Positions 8,925-17,394 of a stretch of DNA of 25,277 bases are shown piece after piece. The translations under genes and the position numbers were made by a program. Origin of the DNA: a virus (Duplodnaviria; Heunggongvirae; Uroviricota; Caudoviricetes); IMG/VR virus record IMGVR_UViG_2737471859_000003. One strand, written 5' to 3'. How positions within the stretch are numbered: position 1 is the stretch's first letter; every line of letters begins with the position of its first letter. Below the pieces are notes generated by a model, which saw only the letters and a program-made list of their open reading frames with translations, had not been told where the DNA came from and did no database searches.

Positions 8925-8947
8925 AAAAAATTTGCTCCTTTGTCTTA

Positions 8948-9784
8948 TCAGAAGTCAGCCAGCTGGTCGGAGGCTGCACCTGTTGCGGTGAACCGGTTCT
9001 GCGGATCGCCGTCCTGCGTGCGCAGTTTTTCCTTCAGTGCTGCCAGCTCTGTGGTCAGTGACGTAATTTTCTGGCGGTCCTGCTGATGGCGGGTTTCCAG
9101 CACATTAAAACGGTCGATAATGTCGGCCTGTGACGTTGCGACGCCTTCCACCGCTTCCTGAATACGGGAAAAACTGGCGTCATCCGCTTTGCGGCCACGG
9201 CCAATAATCCCCATTACGCGGTTAAACCACTGGGTGCCTTCTTCCTGGCGTTGTTCTGCCATTTCGATGATTTCAGACTCGATGGCTTCGGAGATAAGCG
9301 GCGCTTCACCCTGGACACTGTTGAACGTCATTACCGCCTGACGTTGCTGTGCCGTGAATTTCAGGCGCTCAGTGCCCAGGCTTGCCGGGGTGTCGGTCAT
9401 CGCCAGCCCGACCAGATAGGCGCGCCCGTTAACGGAGAACTGCGGGTGCAGTTCGATACTGGAATAGATTTTCTTGCCGTCCGCGACAAGCTGCTTCATG
9501 CGCTCGGTCGGTTCGATTTCTGCATACAGCGCAGTACGTCCGGCCAGCGGACCTTCCGTAATGTCTTCCGTACTCAGTGCGGTGACATCGCCCATTGCGG
9601 AAAATTCGCTTGACGGGCATGGCGAGAGATAGTGCTCAACGTTCACGCGGGCAGCGTAAACATCCGGGTTGAAGTTCTCGGCGGCTTCACGCAGATGCAC
9701 CGGACTGATTTCACGGCCATCAACAGTTGATCCGGAGACAGCCACGCGAAACTTTTTGCGGGATGTCTTTTTTTCATTAGCCAT
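8948..9784 (-). CDS. O: Capsid scaffolding protein, P2 gpO-like
   Basis: ORF frame 8948..9817; ATG at 9784 (MANEKKTSRKKFRVAVSGSTVDGREIS) aligns with the P2 gpO N-terminus and follows GAGGGG. Confidence 0.85.
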   Translation of the reverse strand: MANEKKTSRKKFRVAVSGSTVDGREISPVHLREAAENFNPDVYAARVNVEHYLSPCPSSEFSAMGDVTALSTEDITEGPLAGRTALYAEIEPTERMKQLVADGKKIYSSIELHPQFSVNGRAYLVGLAMTDTPASLGTERLKFTAQQRQAVMTFNSVQGEAPLISEAIESEIIEMAEQRQEEGTQWFNRVMGIIGRGRKADDASFSRIQEAVEGVATSQADIIDRFNVLETRHQQDRQKITSLTTELAALKEKLRTQDGDPQNRFTATGAASDQLADF

Positions 9785-9938
9785 AGTTTTTGCCCCTCTG
9801 ACTGGTTCTTCAGTCATGATGGCAAAGCGTAACAGGCTGATACAAAGGGCTTTTGTTGTAAGAAAACGGCCAGAACAGGGGGTTAAGGAGAACAGTTTCG
9901 CGCGCGGGTAATCTTCCTGTAATTACTCAGGGGGAGCA
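9785..9938. promoter_or_regulatory. Divergent late-promoter region between the O...H operon (minus) and the P-Q operon (plus)
   Basis: 154-bp non-coding gap between divergent starts, at the position of the Ogr-dependent P_O/P_P promoters in P2. I could not identify a clean TGT-N12-ACA activator site. Confidence 0.5.
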
Positions 9939-11690
9939 ATGATTCAGGACGCTTTTGTGCGCCAGCGTGCGCGGCAACTTTACTGGCAGGGTTATCCGCC
10001 CGCAGAAATATCACGTCTGATGGGAATAAACCCGAACACGATTTATGCGTGGAAAAAACGTGACCAGTGGGATGAAACGCCACCCGTGCAGCGTGTCACG
10101 CAGTCCATCGATGCGCGCCTCATCCAGCTTACTGAAAAACAGAATAAAACAGGCGGTGACTTTAAGGAAATAGACCTGCTGACCCGGCAGCTTAAAAAGC
10201 TGCATGATGGCCAGCCGGATGTGATGGCCGCAGGAAAGAAAGGCCGGGCGAAAAAACTCAAAAATCATTTCACGCCGGAACAGATTGCCGCACTGCGGGA
10301 AAAAATCATCAGCAGGCTGGAGTGGCATCAGCGTGGCTGGTTTGACTCCCTTACCCTTTGCAGGGAAGCCGGGATACGTAACAGGATGATCCTGAAATCC
10401 CGACAGATTGGGGCGACCTGGTATTTTGCACAGGAAGCACTGCTGATGGCGCTGCGTGACGATGTGGCGCAACCTTACCAGCGTAACCAGATTTTTTTGT
10501 CTGCGTCGCGTCGTCAGGCGTTCCAGTTTAAAAGCATTATTCAGAAGGCCGCGGCTGAAGTTGATGTGGAGCTGAAAGGGGGCGATAAAATCATCCTCTC
10601 AAACGGCGCAGAGCTGCATTTTCTCGGCACTTCTGCTGCGTCGGCACAGTCCTATACGGGCAATTTTTATTTTGATGAATTTTTCTGGGTCAGTCGCTTT
10701 GCTGAACTGCGCAAGGTGGCTGGCGCGATGGCAACCCTCAGCGGACTGCGGCGCACCTACTTCTCCACGCCATCCACCGAAACGCACGAGGCATACGCCT
10801 ACTGGAACGGCGACCGCTGGAACGAGAAAAAGGCCGCGCATAAACGCCAGCATTTTTCTGTGGACTGGAAAACGCTGCATAACGGGCTTATCTGCCCCGA
10901 CCGGACGTGGCGGCAAATTGTCACGCTGGAAGATGTGGTTAATCACGGCTGGAAACACACCGATATCGACGAAATTCGTGATGAAAACACCGAAGACGAG
11001 TTTCTCAATCTCTATATGTGTGAGTTTGTCCGCGAAGGGGAATCGGCATTTAACCTGAATATCCTGATTGGCTGCGGCGTTGACGGGTACGACGACTGGA
11101 AAGACTGGAAACCTTTTGCTCCCCGCCCGATGGGGAATCGTCCGGTATGGATTGGGTATGACGCAAACGGCAGCAGCGGCAACGGCGACAGCGGCGCTGT
11201 GTCCGTGGTGGTTCCTCCGGCTGTTCCTGGTGGCCGTTTTCGAACGGTGGAGACGCGACGCGTTCAGGGGCTGGAGTTTGAAGAACAGGCCAGAGTCATT
11301 GAAGAGTTCACGTATCGCTACAACGTGGAACACATCGGCATTGATGTGACGGGCGGGAACGGGGAGGCTGTTTATCAGATAGTGAAACGGTTTTTCCCTG
11401 CTGCTATTCCGTACACCTTCACGCTGTCATCAAAACGGTCGCTGGTACTGAAAATGCTGCAAATAATGCGTGCCGGGCGGTGGGAATACGATCGCGCCGA
11501 ACGCGAGCTGGTCGCGGCCTTTAACGCCGTGCGTAAGGTGAAAACACCGGGCGGCTTTATCACTTACGAAACGGACCGCGCGAGGGGGATCAGCCACGGC
11601 GACCTTGCGTGGGCAACCATGCTTGCTGTCATTAACGAACCGATTGGCGGCGAAGGAGAAAACGAGCGTTTCACGGTTATGGAGTTCTGA
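9939..11690 (+). CDS. P: Terminase large (ATPase) subunit, P2 gpP-like
   Basis: 583 aa (P2 gpP ~590 aa); GGGGGAG Shine-Dalgarno before ATG 9939; stop overlaps the Q start by 1 nt (TGATG). Confidence 0.9.
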   Translation: MIQDAFVRQRARQLYWQGYPPAEISRLMGINPNTIYAWKKRDQWDETPPVQRVTQSIDARLIQLTEKQNKTGGDFKEIDLLTRQLKKLHDGQPDVMAAGKKGRAKKLKNHFTPEQIAALREKIISRLEWHQRGWFDSLTLCREAGIRNRMILKSRQIGATWYFAQEALLMALRDDVAQPYQRNQIFLSASRRQAFQFKSIIQKAAAEVDVELKGGDKIILSNGAELHFLGTSAASAQSYTGNFYFDEFFWVSRFAELRKVAGAMATLSGLRRTYFSTPSTETHEAYAYWNGDRWNEKKAAHKRQHFSVDWKTLHNGLICPDRTWRQIVTLEDVVNHGWKHTDIDEIRDENTEDEFLNLYMCEFVREGESAFNLNILIGCGVDGYDDWKDWKPFAPRPMGNRPVWIGYDANGSSGNGDSGAVSVVVPPAVPGGRFRTVETRRVQGLEFEEQARVIEEFTYRYNVEHIGIDVTGGNGEAVYQIVKRFFPAAIPYTFTLSSKRSLVLKMLQIMRAGRWEYDRAERELVAAFNAVRKVKTPGGFITYETDRARGISHGDLAWATMLAVINEPIGGEGENERFTVMEF

Positions 11691-12736
11691 TGAGCAGAAA
11701 AAATAAAAAAGTGCGCATGAGTTCACGCATTGATCTCGCTGATGCGCTCAGGAAAGAATCATCGCTCAGTGCATTCACATTTGATGGTCCTTATCGCCTG
11801 ACCGGGCATGATCTGCTGGACAATATGTACTGTGCTGATAACGGGCGGTGGTATGAAACCCCGGTGGACTGGTACGGTCTGGCAAGAGCTGCCCGGCAAA
11901 CGTCCTGGCATCAGTCTGCGCTTTACTTTAAGCGCAATGTATTGCTCGGTTGCTACATCCCGCACCCGCTGCTTTCCCGGCAGGATTTCTCGGCGCTGGC
12001 GCTGGACTGGTTTGTGTTCGGTAACGCATTCCTTGAGCTTCGGAGCAATATGCTCGGCGAACCACTTAAATTACGGCACGCACTGGCGAAATACATGCGA
12101 CGCGGAAGCGATCTTGAATCATGGTGGTATGTGCAGGATGGCAAGGACGCGTTTCAGTTTCGCCCTGGCAAAGTGTGCCACCTGATGAATCCGGACATTA
12201 ACCAGGAAATTTACGGCATGCCGGAATATCTTGGCGCATTACTCTCGGCCAGCCTGTCTCATTCGGCGGACATGTTCAGAAAACTGTATTACGACAATGG
12301 ATCCCACGCCGGGTGCATCATCTACATCGGTGCAGCGCAGGTAAACCGCGAAAGCATGGACTCCCTGAAAGAAACGTTACAGGGTGCGCGTGGTGGTGGT
12401 GCGTTTAAAAACGTGCTCATCCATGCGCCCAACGGGGGCAAAGAGGGGGTGCAAATTTTGCCGTTCCAGCAGATCACCGCAAAGGATGAGTTCATGAATG
12501 TTAAGGCGGCATCCCGTGATGATGTGCTGGCTGCGCACCGCGTTCCGCCGCAACTGATGGGGGCGATGCCGGGCGAAAAAAGTGCGTTTGGTGATGTGGA
12601 GAAGGCAGCGCGGGTTTATGCAATTAACGAGCTGATGCCCGTAATGGAGGCCATGAAGCATATCAATGACTGGCTTGGCGAAGAGGTGATCCGTTTTAAC
12701 TCTTATGCTCTTCTTGATGAAAAAACAGCCCCGTGA
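11690..12736 (+). CDS. Q: Portal (capsid portal) protein, P2 gpQ-like
   Basis: 348 aa (P2 gpQ ~344 aa), directly downstream of P. Confidence 0.9.
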   Translation: MSRKNKKVRMSSRIDLADALRKESSLSAFTFDGPYRLTGHDLLDNMYCADNGRWYETPVDWYGLARAARQTSWHQSALYFKRNVLLGCYIPHPLLSRQDFSALALDWFVFGNAFLELRSNMLGEPLKLRHALAKYMRRGSDLESWWYVQDGKDAFQFRPGKVCHLMNPDINQEIYGMPEYLGALLSASLSHSADMFRKLYYDNGSHAGCIIYIGAAQVNRESMDSLKETLQGARGGGAFKNVLIHAPNGGKEGVQILPFQQITAKDEFMNVKAASRDDVLAAHRVPPQLMGAMPGEKSAFGDVEKAARVYAINELMPVMEAMKHINDWLGEEVIRFNSYALLDEKTAP

Positions 12737-12752
12737 TGGGGCTGTCCTTTTT
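12721..12752. terminator. Bidirectional rho-independent terminator shared by convergent Q and the 174-aa gene
   Basis: AAAAA-ACAGCCCC-GTGAT-GGGGCTGT-CCTTTTT: an 8-bp GC-rich stem with a 5-nt loop, flanked by an A-run and a T-run. The Q stop codon lies in the loop. Confidence 0.7.
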
Positions 12753-13275
12753 ACCAGAGTTGAACCATTTTCTGGGTGCCGTCAGGCTTGAGATTATCAA
12801 TTTCAGAGAGAACGTAATATTGAATGGCTTCACAAACGGTGGTGTAGGGTGAATTACCTTCTTTAAGTGGCACGATATTATTATTAACGCGAACCTGTAT
12901 TTCATCGTTATACATTGCGATCGAAACAGGAGTGTGTACGAACGCGACTTCGCCAGGTGTGTCGTCAACCACCGTTTCAATACTAAAAGTCAGTTTTCGC
13001 TCATCATTGCTGCCTCGTGCTTTGGGGGTAGCGGCAGGGATCTGGGATAAAGGCATTCTGCGAAATCCTTCGGCTGCTTCCAGTCCACATGAAACGTAAT
13101 GCTGGCGATTACCGTCGCTATCTGTCCAGGTCTGTGATGGCAGCTCCAGCGAGATTTCATAAGCATCAACAATGCCCTGGGCAAGGCGTACAAGCGGGGT
13201 CAGATCTTCATTGCGGCGAAAGCTCTCCTTTACCTGCTCCCGTTTTTCTCTTAACTGCTTGTAATTAATGACCAT
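12751..13275 (-). CDS. Hypothetical protein (174 aa), cargo gene of unknown function
   Basis: ATG at 13275 (MVINYKQLREKREQVK...) 8 nt after GGAGG; open for 174 codons; lower GC than flanking structural genes; no family recognised. Confidence 0.6.
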   Translation of the reverse strand: MVINYKQLREKREQVKESFRRNEDLTPLVRLAQGIVDAYEISLELPSQTWTDSDGNRQHYVSCGLEAAEGFRRMPLSQIPAATPKARGSNDERKLTFSIETVVDDTPGEVAFVHTPVSIAMYNDEIQVRVNNNIVPLKEGNSPYTTVCEAIQYYVLSEIDNLKPDGTQKMVQLW

Positions 13276-13376
13276 AAGACAGCCTCCATTGATTTCTTTG
13301 CTCGTATTTTGCACTTATGAAGTATGGTCGGCAAGGTGCCGTATCGCTGACGCGCTTCGCTTGTCTGCTGCTTCGC

Positions 13377-13401
13377 CGGGGCATAAAAAATTTATGCCCC
13401 G
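13377..13401. repeat. Perfect 25-nt palindrome CGGGGCATAAA-AAA-TTTATGCCCCG
   Basis: Read directly from sequence; 11-bp arms with a 3-nt centre, ~100 bp upstream of the 174-aa gene start. Function unknown. Confidence 0.5.
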
Positions 13402-13806
13402 ACTCTCCAGCTCCTGTATCAATCAGATAATTTCACGACGCCTTCCAGCTTATTGTCATCATCGACGGTCAGGCTCTTACGCAATCCCGCCGTGCTGACT
13501 GCATGTTCTCGTCGCCTCAGTGCGATTTTGACGGCCTTATCAGTCACCCCATCAAATCAAAAGCCCTCACGTATTTTTCACGCTCAGCGAGAGAAAGACA
13601 GCCATTCCGTTGTGTCGCTGCGACATCGTTCAGGGAATGCTGTTTACCCCCTGAAACGCGGGCTGTTCCCCCGTCACCTGCGCGCAGAAAAAGCGCGTTT
13701 TTTTGTGCACGCACGGATCCTTGACCGATCCAGCCGCCATGCGGGCCGGAAGGGCAAAAAGTCGTTCAAAAAAATTGTGCAAATTTGTGCGCTTTTGTGC
13801 AAAGAA

Positions 13807-13829
13807 ATGCCCCTCAAATTGAGGGGCAT
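13807..13829 (-). terminator. Putative terminator hairpin just downstream of the S8 protease gene
   Basis: Perfect palindrome ATGCCCCTCAA-A-TTGAGGGGCAT about 15 nt after the stop at 13844, followed on the minus strand by TTCTTTG. Confidence 0.5.
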
Positions 13830-13843
13830 TATGTCTTGAAGGA

Positions 13844-16069
13844 TTACGAACGAATAGGAATTGATGTTTGCGGTTGAATTGGCACGAGCACCTGATTATA
13901 AGTACGTAAAATTTCGTTATACAGGTCTTGGTGCTTTGATGCCTTAATGGTAATTATAAGAGCATACTTGATTTTTTCTGCCTTATGGCTGGCTATGCTT
14001 GCACCGGCCTCACGAGCGTTATAATGAATGTCAAATACAGGATTTTTTAGAGTTGAACCTAGCATGTTCTTCGAATTATGTAAGACGGTCTCCCATTTGC
14101 CCATGTCAGAACGTCGCTCACTTTCAGTTGAATATTTGGCCAGTTCAAAGAATCCCTTGGTTTCAGCATTTTGTTTTCCGTCTTTGATTTTTGAATCATT
14201 TGGCCGGAATGTCACTTCCAAACCAGCTTTTGTATAGGAAGCTGGGTCTTGTGGATCAGTGGTTGTTGCATAACAGAAAGTTGCCGCTAAGTTTATTCTA
14301 CCTTTCAAGCCACCTTCAGGTATTGGAAGAGGAGCGCGTAAGTATTTTCCTGGTTTCAATTCACCTTGGTAGACGATACGGGCAACACCATCAGGGCTGA
14401 CTATAATGTCGTTCAAGTCTTCAGGAAGTTTTCCCCAGCCAACTTCTGTACAAGGATGATCAAGCTGTTTTGACGCATGAATTAACAAAGCTTTGATTGC
14501 TAGTAGGCTCAAATCGTTCCCTAAAATTGCCCGAACACCAACAGCTGCTCGTAAGGCGTAAGGAGAGGCAAAGCTTGTTCCTAGCTGGGGTATGATTACA
14601 GGCTTCTTACCTTTACCTAAAACATGAAAGTACTCGTCTGTGTCACCACCAAACGCAACTAAATCCGGTTTCATCACGCCAGGACTTCTGCCTGGCCCAA
14701 TGGCGCTATATGGTGCTCGTTTCCATTCCGTATCATTAACTGTATCACAAGCACCAACAGCAAGAGCATTAACGCAATCGGCTGGTACTTGAATTCTTGC
14801 ATTACCAGACTTGCGATCCATTTCTCCATTGTTGCCAACAGCAACAGTCATTAATGTTTCACCATCACTTAACAAATCATCAATAACGGAAGTCCATGCA
14901 TGAACTTCCGTATCTTCAATTGGTAGGTCTGGACCTAAACTTAGATTGATAAACTGATACTGGCGAGACAACAATACCTCTTCAATAAAGCCCAAAGTTC
15001 GATATAGTTCCAGCGGATCTTCTTGGCAGGTCTTGTTGTCCAAAACTCTTAAGTTATCAATATAAGAGTATGGTCTTTTCGCTTCCGATTTATTACTTAT
15101 TGGTCCAAATAAAAAGGCTGAAGACACAGCTAAACCATGCTCTAAACCGTCTGGATCATCCTCTGCATGATCGTCCAAAACTCTATAGGATTTTAACCAT
15201 GGCGATATAGCGTGCTCTGATGGTAAACCACCATCAAGAATCGCAACTTTTATTTCTGAAGATACGGGGCCCTCAGCAGGCAATTTACACTGAGCTAAAG
15301 GACCGTAGTTCCTTTGTATTGGTCTAATCCCACGCAATCTTGGAACCGGTCTTATTACTCGTACAAATGTAAATTTCGCAAGCTTACTAATAGTAATTCT
15401 ATCGGCCTGGATTGGCACGAACCATAATGTACCAGCGGTAAAAGCTAATGAAGTATGTACTTTGATGTTCAAATTTGATGCAAACTGAACAAATTGTTGC
15501 TGAACCAAGTCTTGTTCATTATCTGGCAGTAAATGAACACCAACCTCAAAATACGAAGAATCCTGCTCACCAATGGTAATAATACGCTCTTCGGGTAAAT
15601 AGGCATCGAACCGTTCTATGCGTGCAAAATCAATCGCTTCGTCAGAAAACTCTTTGAGTCCTGACACCCAATGAGGTAACTCTTTGAAGGATTCTCTTTT
15701 ACCAGCAACAAACATTTGTGTCGTAGTTACTTCTGACACAGTAACTTTTCGCTTCCAGCTTTGAGGCGTAATTTTTACCGTCCTGCTGCCAATAGACGTT
15801 AACCCGGTAGACTTAAGCATTTTTGCAGGAAAAAAAGAGCGTGCAATATAGCTCGGATTCAACGTCAACTTAGCCACAGCATAATCATAAGGACATGCCT
15901 GACTGGGTAAATCATCAAAATTTTCTATAGTAGATGCAATTTGCGGCAATAACCGTTGTTTCGATTCGTAAAGAGAATAAACCTCAGCTTTTCCGGGCAC
16001 TCTTTTAGGACCAGGAATATCGCTGGTTAATAATTCGCCGCGTCCAATCAGAAAATTAGTTTTCGCCAT
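13844..16069 (-). CDS. Subtilisin-like (peptidase S8) serine protease, 741 aa, with N- and C-terminal extensions of unknown function; tentatively IetS-like
   Basis: Catalytic triad motifs in subtilase order: Asp in VAILDGG, His in EHGLAVSS, Ser in GTSFASP. AAGGAG Shine-Dalgarno 5 nt before the ATG. AT-rich codon usage unlike the phage backbone. Confidence 0.8.
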   Translation of the reverse strand: MAKTNFLIGRGELLTSDIPGPKRVPGKAEVYSLYESKQRLLPQIASTIENFDDLPSQACPYDYAVAKLTLNPSYIARSFFPAKMLKSTGLTSIGSRTVKITPQSWKRKVTVSEVTTTQMFVAGKRESFKELPHWVSGLKEFSDEAIDFARIERFDAYLPEERIITIGEQDSSYFEVGVHLLPDNEQDLVQQQFVQFASNLNIKVHTSLAFTAGTLWFVPIQADRITISKLAKFTFVRVIRPVPRLRGIRPIQRNYGPLAQCKLPAEGPVSSEIKVAILDGGLPSEHAISPWLKSYRVLDDHAEDDPDGLEHGLAVSSAFLFGPISNKSEAKRPYSYIDNLRVLDNKTCQEDPLELYRTLGFIEEVLLSRQYQFINLSLGPDLPIEDTEVHAWTSVIDDLLSDGETLMTVAVGNNGEMDRKSGNARIQVPADCVNALAVGACDTVNDTEWKRAPYSAIGPGRSPGVMKPDLVAFGGDTDEYFHVLGKGKKPVIIPQLGTSFASPYALRAAVGVRAILGNDLSLLAIKALLIHASKQLDHPCTEVGWGKLPEDLNDIIVSPDGVARIVYQGELKPGKYLRAPLPIPEGGLKGRINLAATFCYATTTDPQDPASYTKAGLEVTFRPNDSKIKDGKQNAETKGFFELAKYSTESERRSDMGKWETVLHNSKNMLGSTLKNPVFDIHYNAREAGASIASHKAEKIKYALIITIKASKHQDLYNEILRTYNQVLVPIQPQTSIPIRS

Positions 16070-16092
16070 ACATACTCCTTATCTATGCTGTA

Positions 16093-17214
16093 TTACATTT
16101 TTTGACTGTATTTTCTAATTGTATCCCTACTGACTCCGGTTAAGTCTGATATGGCATGCTGGGATAATTTAGAATTTCTTTTTAGAGTAACTGCAATTTC
16201 TTTACGTTCATTCCTGTCTAATTCTGATAAACCATCTTTAATGAACGACCCAATCAACTCTTCATCTGAGGAAATACCTAAAGCGACCGAACGTCGGAAT
16301 TTGTTGATAGAACGCTCAATATTACTAAAAGATTCATTTTTGAACATAATAGCCAGTAGATCTATCCAACGTGCAAAAATCGCGTAGTCGGGACCTGAAA
16401 AGCGTTTAATTGCTTCTTTAATACTTTCGCTATCTGGCTTCTCAAAATTGAGCACTAAATCAAAACGTCTCCATAGTGCTGGATCAATCAACTCAGCGAA
16501 GTTAGTTGCAGCAAGTAACAAACTAGAAGACGGCCATTCGTCAACCTCCTGGAGTATTACGGTAACAAGTCTTTTTAATTCTCCAACATCAGAATCATCA
16601 CTTCTCTTTTTGGCGATTGAATCAATTTCATCTAACAGAAGAACGCACGGCCCTTTCTTCGCAAAATCTAGAGCTGCCCGAAGGTTATTTCCGCTTTTGC
16701 CCAGATAGCTGCTCATTACTGCCGTTAAATCAAGAACGTAAAAAGGAACCCCTAATTTCTGAGCTAACCAGCTTGCCGTAAGTGTTTTACCTACACCCGG
16801 AGGGCCAACAAAAATGGCAGAGCGTGTTGGTTGTAAGCCGAGAGTCTTGAGGCGATCGATGTGCTTCCGCTCAAGAATAATTTGATCCAGTGAGTCTTCT
16901 ATCTGACTGGACAGTAGAGGTTTGCTCACAATCTTTTCATTTGGTGCTTTAAGCAAGGTAAGCCTTGACTCCTCGTCCACAGGCATGGTTTGAGGCAGCG
17001 CTTGTTTTGGTGCGGTAACCTTACGCAGGCTTTGTGCAGGCTTTTGCGGTTTATTTCGTAGATAAAGATCAAGCTGCTCGGATAGAGCAGGCATAGTTTC
17101 CCGATATTTACGCACCAAGCGAGCGACATATAACCGAACGTCATCATACTGTTCAGTTATTACCAGTCTAACTAGTTGGGCTAAATCTGACTGAATACCA
17201 CCTAAGTCGCCCAT
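16093..17214 (-). CDS. Classical AAA+ ATPase, 373 aa; tentatively IetA-like
   Basis: Walker A GPPGVGKT, Walker B LLLDEID, sensor-1 / second-region-of-homology LLLAATNFAELIDPALWRRFD. The extreme C-terminus LSQHAISDLTGVSRDTIRKY looks like a helix-turn-helix. 23-nt gap to the protease gene suggests an operon. Confidence 0.8.
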   Translation of the reverse strand: MGDLGGIQSDLAQLVRLVITEQYDDVRLYVARLVRKYRETMPALSEQLDLYLRNKPQKPAQSLRKVTAPKQALPQTMPVDEESRLTLLKAPNEKIVSKPLLSSQIEDSLDQIILERKHIDRLKTLGLQPTRSAIFVGPPGVGKTLTASWLAQKLGVPFYVLDLTAVMSSYLGKSGNNLRAALDFAKKGPCVLLLDEIDSIAKKRSDDSDVGELKRLVTVILQEVDEWPSSSLLLAATNFAELIDPALWRRFDLVLNFEKPDSESIKEAIKRFSGPDYAIFARWIDLLAIMFKNESFSNIERSINKFRRSVALGISSDEELIGSFIKDGLSELDRNERKEIAVTLKRNSKLSQHAISDLTGVSRDTIRKYSQKM

Positions 17215-17394
17215 CTTAACTGTAACCTCTTGATTTTAAGTGAATTGAAAAAGCATTTAACTGGACTATTTATAGTATTGCACTTTTTTATCAAACAGGG
17301 AAGAGGAATACTATATGAAATTACAGTGTGCCTCATGGAACGTCCTTACCATGTCTAAACTCTACCTTCATACAATTGATGATTTCTTTCTTGG
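17215..17394 (-). promoter_or_regulatory. AT-rich spacer between gene A and the ATPase gene; probable promoter region of the ATPase-protease operon
   Basis: 180-bp AT-rich non-coding stretch; minus strand contains TTGATA...TATAAAT-like hexamers ~55 nt upstream of the ATPase ATG, but the spacing is suboptimal. Confidence 0.3.

Noticed and set aside
9785-9938. Ogr-type TGT-N12-ACA late-promoter activator site
   Set aside because: Only ACA-N12-TGT and TGT-N15/N18-ACA arrangements were found, not the canonical spacing; the region is still called a late promoter region by position only.
10599-11333. 244-aa minus-strand ORF inside the terminase large subunit gene
   Set aside because: Antisense to gpP, which is strongly supported by length and position; no independent evidence.
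13730-13770. cos-like motif GCGGGCCGGAAGGGCAAAAAG, and GTGCTTTGGGGG inside the 174-aa gene
   Set aside because: Only loose resemblance to the P2/186 cohesive-end core GGCGAGGCGGGGAAAGCAC; too many mismatches to call.
13453-13839. Plus-strand 128-aa ORF (and 13268..13498, 13503..13724) in the spacer after the protease gene
   Set aside because: R/S-rich low-complexity translation, no convincing Shine-Dalgarno, and it overlaps palindromic terminator-like structures; more likely non-coding.
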